A stretch of 32,585 bases of DNA from contig JAGVJP010000123.1 of assembly GCA_020051075.1 (NCBI GenBank), positions 1 to 32,585 on the forward strand, given 5' to 3'. The translations under genes were made by a program, and so were the position numbers. A model generated the notes under the pieces. That model saw only the letters and a program-made list of their open reading frames with translations. It did no database searches and had not been told where the DNA came from. Source of the stretch: Parachlamydiales bacterium. GTDB lineage: Bacteria; Chlamydiota; Chlamydiia; Chlamydiales; Parachlamydiaceae. This document shows, piece after piece, positions 25,190 to 32,585 of the stretch; within the stretch, counting starts at the first letter, position 1; every line of letters begins with the position of its first letter.

Positions 25190-26571
25190 GCGGCCCTAAG
25201 GTTGTACGTATTGTTACCAAACAAGAATTAATGTCCATTTGCAAAGGCCGAATGGATGCCCTTCAAGATGCGATCGAGCAATGGCGCAAGTATGCGTCTA
25301 GACATGATGCCCAAATTGCCGAAGAAGAACAGGTCGTAGAGAAAAGGCTTTCTGCCATCAATAAAATGTTCGAGCGAGAGCAGTTTCTTGACGTGCAAAA
25401 ACAATGCTCTGTCGAAATTGCCTTTCTGCAAGGAGACAACAATCGCATTCGAGACGAAGCTATTGCCAAAGCAGAACAAAAACGTCACATGAGAAGACGG
25501 CTACAATATTCTGCAGAAACCCTCATATCGACATTTAAATCCATACAACGACAAATCCCAGAAGAGCTCTTGGCCATTGCTGCATCATCACTCACAGCAA
25601 ATGACGAAGAACTCGCTAAGATGAACGCGACCTTAAGCCGAACATTGACTGAATATACGATGAGTGCAAAGGATCAAAAAAGCATGACCCCTTTACAAAA
25701 AGAGCTCTCTAAAAAGTTGGCAGAGGGGGAGAAGCTCCAAACTCTAGCAGAGTGGAAAGTCAGAGACCAGGATGCCAAATCCTTAGAAAAAGATCATCGA
25801 TTGGATAAACTTATAGCAGAACTGGAAGCAACTGAGGATAAATCATCTGTCAAACCCTTCTTGGATCGCATTGCTTCAATCTCAAGAGGATCATCAGCAA
25901 GCCAACGGTCTCTTTTAACAGACTCTCTCATTCTGGATTTAGTTGCCCACTCTAATGAAAGAAAAGCGAAAGATCAAGCGATCGCATCCATGCGAGAAAT
26001 TCGGAACGAATTGCATAGACTCAAATCTAAGCAGGCTAAAGACCTCAAAACGTTAATCACAACTGCTATCGATTCTGAAGATATCTCCTCAAGTAAACTG
26101 CTCCATGATAAAGGCATTGCCCTGATTAAAGAAGAAACGAAGGGCATGGCAGGAGAGTTCAGAAGAACAGCAATCCTGAAAGGGTTATCTGAGCTCGGAT
26201 ATGAGATACGGGAAAATATGGCTACGGCATGGGCTGAAAATGGGCGCATTGTTGTTAGAAAACCTAACGAAAAAGGTTACGGGGTTGAACTAGGGGCTGT
26301 TGAAGGCGCTGAAAGAGTGCAAGTGCAGCTTGTTTCCTTTGAGCCATTCAACGATGCTTCTAAAGCATCTCAGGATCGTGATAGAGAAACGATTTGGTGT
26401 TCAGAGTTTTTCCGCCTACAGTCCCTGCTAGAAAAGGCAGGAACATCTCTGCATATTGAAAAGGCGCTGCCTATTGGTGCTAAACCTTTGAAACAGGTGC
26501 AAGAGCCATCTCCCACAGTCGAACGTTCACGAAGATCACATGACCTACCTTGCAAGAGAAGCTCATCTTAA
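25186..26571 (+). CDS. Hypothetical coiled-coil protein, last gene of the operon
   Basis: 461 aa, E/K/Q/L/A-rich helical character, with a C-terminal alpha/beta-like segment (GLSELGYEI..GYGVELG..ETIWCSEF); ATGA overlap with the helicase stop. Confidence 0.85.
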   Translation: MSGPKVVRIVTKQELMSICKGRMDALQDAIEQWRKYASRHDAQIAEEEQVVEKRLSAINKMFEREQFLDVQKQCSVEIAFLQGDNNRIRDEAIAKAEQKRHMRRRLQYSAETLISTFKSIQRQIPEELLAIAASSLTANDEELAKMNATLSRTLTEYTMSAKDQKSMTPLQKELSKKLAEGEKLQTLAEWKVRDQDAKSLEKDHRLDKLIAELEATEDKSSVKPFLDRIASISRGSSASQRSLLTDSLILDLVAHSNERKAKDQAIASMREIRNELHRLKSKQAKDLKTLITTAIDSEDISSSKLLHDKGIALIKEETKGMAGEFRRTAILKGLSELGYEIRENMATAWAENGRIVVRKPNEKGYGVELGAVEGAERVQVQLVSFEPFNDASKASQDRDRETIWCSEFFRLQSLLEKAGTSLHIEKALPIGAKPLKQVQEPSPTVERSRRSHDLPCKRSSS

Positions 26572-26595
26572 CTGAGAGACTTTTTTTTAGGCATC

Positions 26596-26625
26596 TTGAC
26601 TTAAAAATTCATTGAAGCATACAAT
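26596..26625 (+). promoter_or_regulatory. Probable sigma70/sigma66 promoter
   Basis: TTGACT-N18-TACAAT just upstream of the histidine phosphatase RBS (AAGAGG). Confidence 0.5.
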
Positions 26626-26651
26626 CAACATAAATATCAAAATATAAGAGG

Positions 26652-27491
26652 GTGATATACGTGAAATGTTTATTTTTCATATTTGTGGTTTTTGTGACTC
26701 TAGTGGTAAATGCTAGTGATACAACCTTAATATTTCCCGAAGTCCAAGTTTTAGTAAAAACAGAAGCTCAGTTTAACAATATTCCAACCATCGCATGTTC
26801 TGCGTTTGATTATTTGAAACAAATAGATGAAAATAAAAATATTACACGATTGATATTTGTACGTCATGGCGAATCTAAAAGCAATAAAGAAAAAAGTATG
26901 GCCGGCCGCACTCTTGAAACTGCTTTATCAGATCAAGGAAAAAAGCAAGCTCAAGAAATAGGTGCGGCACTTGAGTTATCCAATATTGAAATTCACGCAT
27001 TTTTTAGCTCGCCCACATTACGCGCACTGCAAACCACGAAAACAATACTATCCAAATTAAATTTATCCTTCCCAATCAATCAAGATGAACGTCTTCATGA
27101 AAAATGGTATGGACTATATGAAGGGGCTACAGAAAATGAATATGCCCCTATAAAAAACAAGGAAGAACAAGAAATCCCCATGCTTTCGACTTTTGCTGAA
27201 AAATTCGCTTACAAAGCGGTTTTGAACATTGAAAGTATGCAAGAGATTTATTATAGAGTCGATGAGTTTATCAGGAATATCAGACTAGATCAATTAGGCA
27301 AAAATGTACTAATTACAACTCATAATGGTGTGATGAAATCTATCTTTATGGCTGATTCAGCTTTTCGCGGTTATGATGTAGAATATCGTTCATTTGATCT
27401 TGGTAATTGTTCTGTTATCGTACTGGAAGTACATGATAATGGGGAATTAAAAATTGTTGCTACAGATGGATTGAAATTTAGAACAAAATAA
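26652..27491 (+). CDS. Histidine phosphatase (phosphoglycerate mutase-like) family protein with signal peptide
   Basis: LIFVRHGES..N, SSPTLRALQT, RLHEKWYG.YEG, GES-like IESMQE, LITTHNG; hydrophobic N-terminus ending VNA-S. Confidence 0.9.
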   Translation: MIYVKCLFFIFVVFVTLVVNASDTTLIFPEVQVLVKTEAQFNNIPTIACSAFDYLKQIDENKNITRLIFVRHGESKSNKEKSMAGRTLETALSDQGKKQAQEIGAALELSNIEIHAFFSSPTLRALQTTKTILSKLNLSFPINQDERLHEKWYGLYEGATENEYAPIKNKEEQEIPMLSTFAEKFAYKAVLNIESMQEIYYRVDEFIRNIRLDQLGKNVLITTHNGVMKSIFMADSAFRGYDVEYRSFDLGNCSVIVLEVHDNGELKIVATDGLKFRTK

Positions 27492-27538
27492 CTCCTGAAT
27501 TTTGTCATATGTATGACAATGGATTTAGAGGCGGTTAA

Positions 27539-28150
27539 TTAAAAAATAAAACCAAGGCCCCCACCTACTTTAAATCCACTCATATTAATATTATGTCTTA
27601 AAGTGTAATGATCTTCATAATGACGCTTAAAGGAAAAATGCTGATAAAGATATTCAGTGAAAATATCTATAAAAATATTTTCTTTAACACGATAGATCAA
27701 TCCTAGTTTAAATATACCGCCTAAAGCTTCATTTGAAATGTTTTTGTGGACGAATGGTGAATGATCTTTGTTTTTAAGAAAGCTCCAGCAAGCACCGGCT
27801 CCTGTATAAAGATCCATACAATGATTTACCGAACAAAGGTATTTTAAACCCAAAGTGACTGGTATAAGACGAAAACTTGTCTTGTTCTTGCAACCGATAG
27901 CATGGCCATCTTTTGAAAGATATCCAGCTCCCAGCCAAACTTGCCAGTCGTTACAAAATCGTTGAGCGATCTCTAATTCATAGTACGGTATTACATCAGA
28001 ATAGATGCGCCTGATGATTTTAGAGGAAGGAAAAAATGCTGAGACTTTTGCTTCAACTTCAAATTCTGATGAGCAGGAGGCTTCTACATTTATAGACATC
28101 CAAAATAGGGTAAAAACCAAAAAAAATCTACAATATTTCATTATTTTCAT
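27539..28150 (-). CDS. Small outer-membrane beta-barrel protein (OmpW/OmpA-like)
   Basis: Signal peptide, alternating aromatic/hydrophobic strands (IPVTLGLKY, LYTGAGACW, FIDIFTEYLY), C-terminal GGGLGFIF ending in Phe (BAM signal). Start 28141-28180 uncertain. Confidence 0.78.
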   Translation of the reverse strand: MKIMKYCRFFLVFTLFWMSINVEASCSSEFEVEAKVSAFFPSSKIIRRIYSDVIPYYELEIAQRFCNDWQVWLGAGYLSKDGHAIGCKNKTSFRLIPVTLGLKYLCSVNHCMDLYTGAGACWSFLKNKDHSPFVHKNISNEALGGIFKLGLIYRVKENIFIDIFTEYLYQHFSFKRHYEDHYTLRHNINMSGFKVGGGLGFIF

Positions 28151-28195
28151 ATAACCTTTTTGTGTTAAAAATAGCGACATTGAAAAAATAATTTT

Positions 28196-30052
28196 CTATT
28201 TTTTAGGTTTTATAGTGACTGAAACAGGGGACGATATCGTTCCTGTTGCGCTTACTGATACAATGAAGTAAGTATAGGTTTTTTTCTTTTTACGGTTGTG
28301 ATCTTCAAATTTTAACCTCTTACTAGCAGGAATAGTTGCGACAAGATCAGTCAAAGCTGCATTACGGTAAATTCGGTACGCTACGGGCAATTCTCCATTG
28401 GACGGAGGACTCCATTTGATGACATTAATAAGATCGGTCTGGGTTAGATATCTACAGGACCTTTGAAAACCTTTTGCATGTGTTGGAGGAGATGGGGGAG
28501 ATGGAGGAGATGGAGGAATGTTAATACTTTGAGAAAGATTTGCGGTTGGACCACCGTTATTACTCATAAAACGGCTAGAAAAAACTTTAGACGTAGAGGT
28601 GCCGGCAGAATTTGTAACCGTCAACATGACGTTAAATGAACCTGTAGAGGAGTATGTGTGGTTAACTATTGGTGTATTTGTAATTAATGTTGTTCCATCA
28701 CCAAAATCCCAGGCATAACTTGAAATGGTCCCAATAGGTGAAATGGAAGCTGAAGCGTTAAACTGAGTTGGCAGTCCTGAAGATCCCACATTTACAGAAA
28801 AAGAGGCGACGGGTGCTTGATCAGGTGACATAACAATATCTTGAATCTGGCCCATGATATTCGCAAAAGATGGCCCGGCGGTATTAGTTGCTACATCTAT
28901 CGGTGTTACATCATCTGTGTTTTCATTTATCACATAAATTTTCTTGCTGTCAGGTGTAGAAACAACCCAGAAAGGCCGTGATCCTGCGAGAAAAGGGATA
29001 GTATCAACGATGCTATTGGTAGCAATATCCACAACGCTTACCGTGTCATTATTTATATTAGCCACGTACATCGTTTGACCATTTGGAATGATAAATGATC
29101 CATAAGGACCTGATCCTGCAGGAAAAACTATCGTATTAATAACAATATTCGTGGCTACATCAATAATCGATATGGTATCACTTCCAGAATTTGCCACATA
29201 AGCTGTTGACCCATCCGTTGTGATAGCTATCATACCTGGTATTGCACCTGTTACTATACTCGTACCTACTGTATTAGTCGCTGTATCAATGGTCGTTACA
29301 TTTCCGAAGGAAAAGTTACTTACATATACGGTCTTTCCATCTGGTGTGATAGATAATGGGCCCAAATTTATTGCGACAAATATATCTGCTACCACAGTAT
29401 TGGATGTGGTATCAATAGCGGTTACATAACCTGAACTATTATTAGAAATGTAAACTCTCTTTCCATCAGGACTCACGATAATGTCAAATGCACCTGTCCC
29501 TGCCACAGGGGTAGGAATGTTTCCAATGATTGTGTTGGTTGCAACATCTATCACATTTACATTAGCCTGGTCAGAGTCGGCGGCATAAATTGTCGTGCCA
29601 TCTGGAGTAATAATTGCAGCGAGGGAGTCAGCAGGGAGCGGTATGGTTCTATCGATAGTGTTTGTCGCGGTATCAAAAAGCGTGATGGCATCTTGATTTA
29701 TTCCAGAAATGATACCCTTCCATGAGGATTCCGTGTATGTATAGAAATCTGCACGAGTATTAGCTGAGGTTTGACTAGCAGCAGTCACTTTAATATCGAC
29801 CGTTCCCGATGTCCCTGCAGGTACCATAGCCGAAATGGAACTATCTGTAACGACATTAAAAACCGTTGCAGGCCTGAATCCAAAGTCTACTGCAGTAGCT
29901 CCAGAAAAACCACTGCCAGTAATAGTGATAACATTTCCTCCACTGATGGAGCCATTAGAGGGGCTCACAGAGGTGATCACTGGTGCTGCAATCAGAGGAT
30001 TTGCACAAATAAAGAATAAAAAACATGCAATAATTAGTTTTATCAAGTTCAT
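28196..30052 (-). CDS. Secreted surface protein: IPT/TIG + YVTN (YncE-like) beta-propeller + PKD + Pro-rich linker + FN3-like C-terminal domain
   Basis: APVITSVSPSNG..GGNVITITGSGF (IPT); about 7 repeats of TPDG..YV.N....V..ID..TN; YAWDFGDG (PKD); PPSPPSPPSPP; C-terminal WSPP..YRIYRN..YTYFIVSV. Confidence 0.9.
   Translation of the reverse strand: MNLIKLIIACFLFFICANPLIAAPVITSVSPSNGSISGGNVITITGSGFSGATAVDFGFRPATVFNVVTDSSISAMVPAGTSGTVDIKVTAASQTSANTRADFYTYTESSWKGIISGINQDAITLFDTATNTIDRTIPLPADSLAAIITPDGTTIYAADSDQANVNVIDVATNTIIGNIPTPVAGTGAFDIIVSPDGKRVYISNNSSGYVTAIDTTSNTVVADIFVAINLGPLSITPDGKTVYVSNFSFGNVTTIDTATNTVGTSIVTGAIPGMIAITTDGSTAYVANSGSDTISIIDVATNIVINTIVFPAGSGPYGSFIIPNGQTMYVANINNDTVSVVDIATNSIVDTIPFLAGSRPFWVVSTPDSKKIYVINENTDDVTPIDVATNTAGPSFANIMGQIQDIVMSPDQAPVASFSVNVGSSGLPTQFNASASISPIGTISSYAWDFGDGTTLITNTPIVNHTYSSTGSFNVMLTVTNSAGTSTSKVFSSRFMSNNGGPTANLSQSINIPPSPPSPPSPPTHAKGFQRSCRYLTQTDLINVIKWSPPSNGELPVAYRIYRNAALTDLVATIPASKRLKFEDHNRKKKKTYTYFIVSVSATGTISSPVSVTIKPKK
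28484..28517 (-). repeat. 9-bp tandem repeat encoding the (PPS)n linker
   Basis: tggaggaga/tgggggaga/tggaggaga/tggagga on + strand. Confidence 0.8.
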
Positions 30053-30252
30053 ACAATTCCAGACCTCTCTACGATAACTTGAATAACAGCTTTAAGATTG
30101 GCATAAATTACCATTAAATCGTCTATGTGCCTTAGGAGGATAAAAATAACCCCTGCTACTCCATTTGGAAGTTCAACCATAAACCAAAGACTATTATGAT
30201 TAAAGTTTTTTCTTAAATTTGATCAACATAAACAGCAACGTAAGCGTCAAAA

Positions 30253-30339
30253 GAAGGGGCAACAGAAAATGAATATGCGTCTATAAAAAACAAGGAAGAA
30301 CAAGTAGAAATCCCCTTGCTTTCGCCTTATGCTGACAAA
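30253..30339 (+). pseudogene. Duplicated internal fragment of the histidine phosphatase gene (copy of 27120..27203)
   Basis: Reads EGATENEYASIKNKEEQVEIPLLSPYADK vs EGATENEYAPIKNKEEQ-EIPMLSTFAEK in the intact gene; a few substitutions and one codon indel. Confidence 0.85.
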
Positions 30340-30431
30340 AAATTGTATGGACTCAATTGCTCTTCTTTAATATATACTTTAATTTAGCCTATCAAGATAA
30401 CCTTGAGATTATGTTCTATCCAGGAAAATTT

Positions 30432-32123
30432 ATGAATTTTAGATCTGCCTTTGCATCATTTCTGAAAGCATCTTTTTATGTTTGTTGCTTCGTATTCCTC
30501 AGTGCTGGTGCTCTTTTTTCATCGGACCGGCTTGAAAAATGTTATGATGACTTTCTGTGTGAAACAAAGAACATATTGTCTGAAGCAGGTCTTCGCTCTC
30601 CGCGTACCTGTAAAAGATGCGGAACGATCCCTTATCCTTCCAATACCGGCTTTATAACTCCTGATCCCATCATTCATTCATCGGAAGTTTGGAGCTTCGT
30701 CAGCGAACCCAATTTGCACCCGATGAAAATTACCGTGACTACGTTTAAACCCGGCACATCATCGGGTTTGATATTTCTTGCCCCCTACGGTTTTTCAGAT
30801 GTTGCCATGGTGGGACAATCTGGGTCATTGATTTTGGATAATGAAGGTAATCCTGTATGGTTTCGTCCTCTAAGCACCCCCAATTTAATGAATACCGTTT
30901 TTCGGATGCAAACATTTAACCGCAAACCAGTCCTGACTTTCTGGCAAGGCACCCTCGCCACGCCGCCGGCTTATACCAATGTGCCTGCAGGGTCTTCTGA
31001 ATCAGGCTCCTGTTATTACATCCTCGACAACACTTACAAGGTCATTAAAACAGTCTCGGCGAAAAAAGGTTTTATCTCGGATATTCATGAATTTCTTCTT
31101 ACTCCGAAAAATACTGCATTATTTCTTTCAACCAAACAAGTGCCGATGGACTTAACTCCTTATGGAGGGCCTAAAGATGGGTTTATTCAGGATTTTGCGA
31201 TCCAGGAAATCGATCTGCATACAAACAAGCTTGTCTTTTTTTGGGATGCACTTGAGCATATACCGCTCACAGATTCTTTTGAACCTGCATCAAGCGCAAC
31301 TTCCAGCAATAACGTATGGGATGCCTTTCATTTAAATTCTATCGGTCTTACAGACAGTGTCGATGACATATTGGTGTCAGGACGCAATACTTGGACAATT
31401 TACAAAATCAACAAGCCCACCGGGAATATTGTCTGGCAGCTTGGCGGCAAGCAGACTAGTTTTACGATAGAGAATGGGGCAGAATTTTCTTGGCAGCATG
31501 ACGCCCGTTTCCTGCCATGCAATCGTATCAGCATGTTTGACGACAACTCGGATGGTTCATCGGTTCCTGGTCCTTCATCACATGGATTGATCCTTCAATT
31601 GGACTTGGTCAATCGAACCGCCAGTTTGTATCGATCCTATTATCATGATCCCAATATCACAGTGGCCTCACAGGGTAATGTACAGAGTTTAGCCAATGGG
31701 AATAAATTTGTCGGCTGGGGGCAGTCGCAATACTATTCTGAATATAAACGGGCAGGAAATACCGAAACAGATCCTGCTCTGAATCTGCTTTACGATGCTC
31801 AAATGCCAAGCCCCAATTACACCTATCGCGCTTATCGCAATAAGTGGGTCGGCAAGCCATTTTATCCACCCAGCATAGGAATAACATCAACCAGTGGGCA
31901 GATAACGGTTTACGCTTCATGGAATGGTTCTACTGAAACGGCACAATGGCAGGTGTTATCCGGATCCAAACGTAAGAAACTGTCTGTGATAGCCTCTGCA
32001 GATAAATCTGGCTTTGAAACCAGCATACCAGTCAGTGAAACAGGTCCCTATTTCCAGATAAAAGCACTTAATGCACGTGGCAGGGTGATTGGAAAATCAA
32101 AGATAGTAAAGTTGGGAAGCTAG
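30432..32123 (+). CDS. Arylsulfotransferase (ASST) family protein, secreted
   Basis: ILDNEGNPVW, DIHEF, DAFHLNSI, SGRNT, WQLGGK, WQHDAR, MFDDN, SQGNVQ.L.NGN..VGWG, YRAYR..W.G.P, YASWNGSTE, GFET. Start moved to ATG 30432 (signal-like N-terminus). Confidence 0.88.
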   Translation: MNFRSAFASFLKASFYVCCFVFLSAGALFSSDRLEKCYDDFLCETKNILSEAGLRSPRTCKRCGTIPYPSNTGFITPDPIIHSSEVWSFVSEPNLHPMKITVTTFKPGTSSGLIFLAPYGFSDVAMVGQSGSLILDNEGNPVWFRPLSTPNLMNTVFRMQTFNRKPVLTFWQGTLATPPAYTNVPAGSSESGSCYYILDNTYKVIKTVSAKKGFISDIHEFLLTPKNTALFLSTKQVPMDLTPYGGPKDGFIQDFAIQEIDLHTNKLVFFWDALEHIPLTDSFEPASSATSSNNVWDAFHLNSIGLTDSVDDILVSGRNTWTIYKINKPTGNIVWQLGGKQTSFTIENGAEFSWQHDARFLPCNRISMFDDNSDGSSVPGPSSHGLILQLDLVNRTASLYRSYYHDPNITVASQGNVQSLANGNKFVGWGQSQYYSEYKRAGNTETDPALNLLYDAQMPSPNYTYRAYRNKWVGKPFYPPSIGITSTSGQITVYASWNGSTETAQWQVLSGSKRKKLSVIASADKSGFETSIPVSETGPYFQIKALNARGRVIGKSKIVKLGS

Positions 32124-32140
32124 CAGCGAGTGATATAGCA

Positions 32141-32335
32141 ATGCTCTATGAACGAACGGTACTTTCAAAGAACAGCAATTGTGGGTGAACAAACGGCTGT
32201 TGTTCTCCCACAAGAGGAAGGGACCTAAGGGAAAGGGACAAGGGACCACAAGGACCTAAGGGACGAAAGGGACCTAAAAAGGGACTTAAAGGACTCGTTA
32301 GTTTATTAACGTTTAAGCTATTACACATCAATTAA
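32141..32335 (+). pseudogene. Decayed collagen-like (Gly-X-Y) gene remnant
   Basis: Frame from ATG 32141 reads ..NCG*TNGCCSP..GPQGPKGRKGPKKGLKGL..; in-frame TGA at 32186, a frameshifted K-GPK-GK unit at about 32218, and ggacctaag-type 9-bp repeats. Confidence 0.55.
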
Positions 32336-32457
32336 TGAGTTCGCTTATCGTTCCTTTGAGGTAATTGCAGAAGTCGGGCCTGAACTTGCTCGACCTAGGC
32401 TATCGCCCCCAACCAACTTTTATAAGTGCACAGGTTCTGATCAACATCCTTTGGGGG

Positions 32458-32558
32458 AAAAGCGAAAGGGGGCTTTCGCACTCCAAACGCTTCGCGTATC
32501 CAACGAATCGTCTTGGATACGCGAAGCGTTTGGAGTGCGGAAGTCCTCTTCCGCTTTT
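32458..32558. repeat. About 100-bp REP/REPIN-like palindromic element
   Basis: aaaagcgaaagggggctttcgcactccaaacgcttcgcgtatccaa-loop-ttggatacgcgaagcgtttggagtgcggaagtcctcttccgctttt. Inner arms are perfect; each outer arm is itself a small hairpin. Confidence 0.9.
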
Positions 32559-32585
32559 GCAACGAATCATTTTGCCAAGTACCTG

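Noticed and set aside
283..31920. Numerous short ORFs antisense to or inside long genes (e.g. 967..1404, 6023..6547, 11942..12439, 19065..19454, 21208..21603)
   Set aside because: Shadow frames of well-supported genes with no recognisable motifs.
32211..32297. Short repeats resembling a CRISPR array
   Set aside because: Units are about 9 bp with no unique spacers and no cas genes; they read as Gly-X-Y codons.
95..32551. Exact 32-bp inverted repeats near both window ends suggesting one 32-kb transposon
   Set aside because: The right copy is one arm of a local palindrome and a third decayed copy is internal. No transposase or integrase is present. A dispersed REP-like family explains it better.

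Overview
Bacterial window, most consistent with an environmental Chlamydiae (Parachlamydiales-like) genome. That assignment is inference only, from the bioY + stand-alone BPL_N pair, the YVTN/PKD surface protein and a collagen-like remnant. Left half (minus strand, about 0.3-14.8 kb): a molybdenum island with a Moco biosynthesis operon (moaA, moeA, TauE/SafE, moaD, moeB-rhodanese, moaE, moaC-moaB/mogA fusion), then a secreted hypothetical protein, a single-chain (2Fe-2S/FAD/Moco) xanthine-oxidase-family enzyme with altered substrate residues, xdhC, an HSL-family esterase and a GMC oxidoreductase. Middle: a 34-bp perfect inverted repeat with an ATPase gene stub, BPL_N and bioY, and decayed repeat elements. 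The most interesting feature is a translationally coupled four-gene plus-strand operon (16.86-26.57 kb): ClpB-D2-like AAA+ ATPase, NrdG-like radical SAM protein, a ~1940-aa Zn-ribbon/pseudokinase/DUF4011-like/SF1 helicase/Vsr-like nuclease fusion, and a coiled-coil protein. It is a candidate uncharacterised anti-phage or conflict system. Right end: histidine phosphatase, a beta-barrel + IPT/YVTN/PKD surface-protein pair, an arylsulfotransferase, a decayed collagen-like ORF and a REP-like palindrome with further copies near positions 100 and 16.7 kb. All family assignments come from motif recognition by eye; no searches were run.
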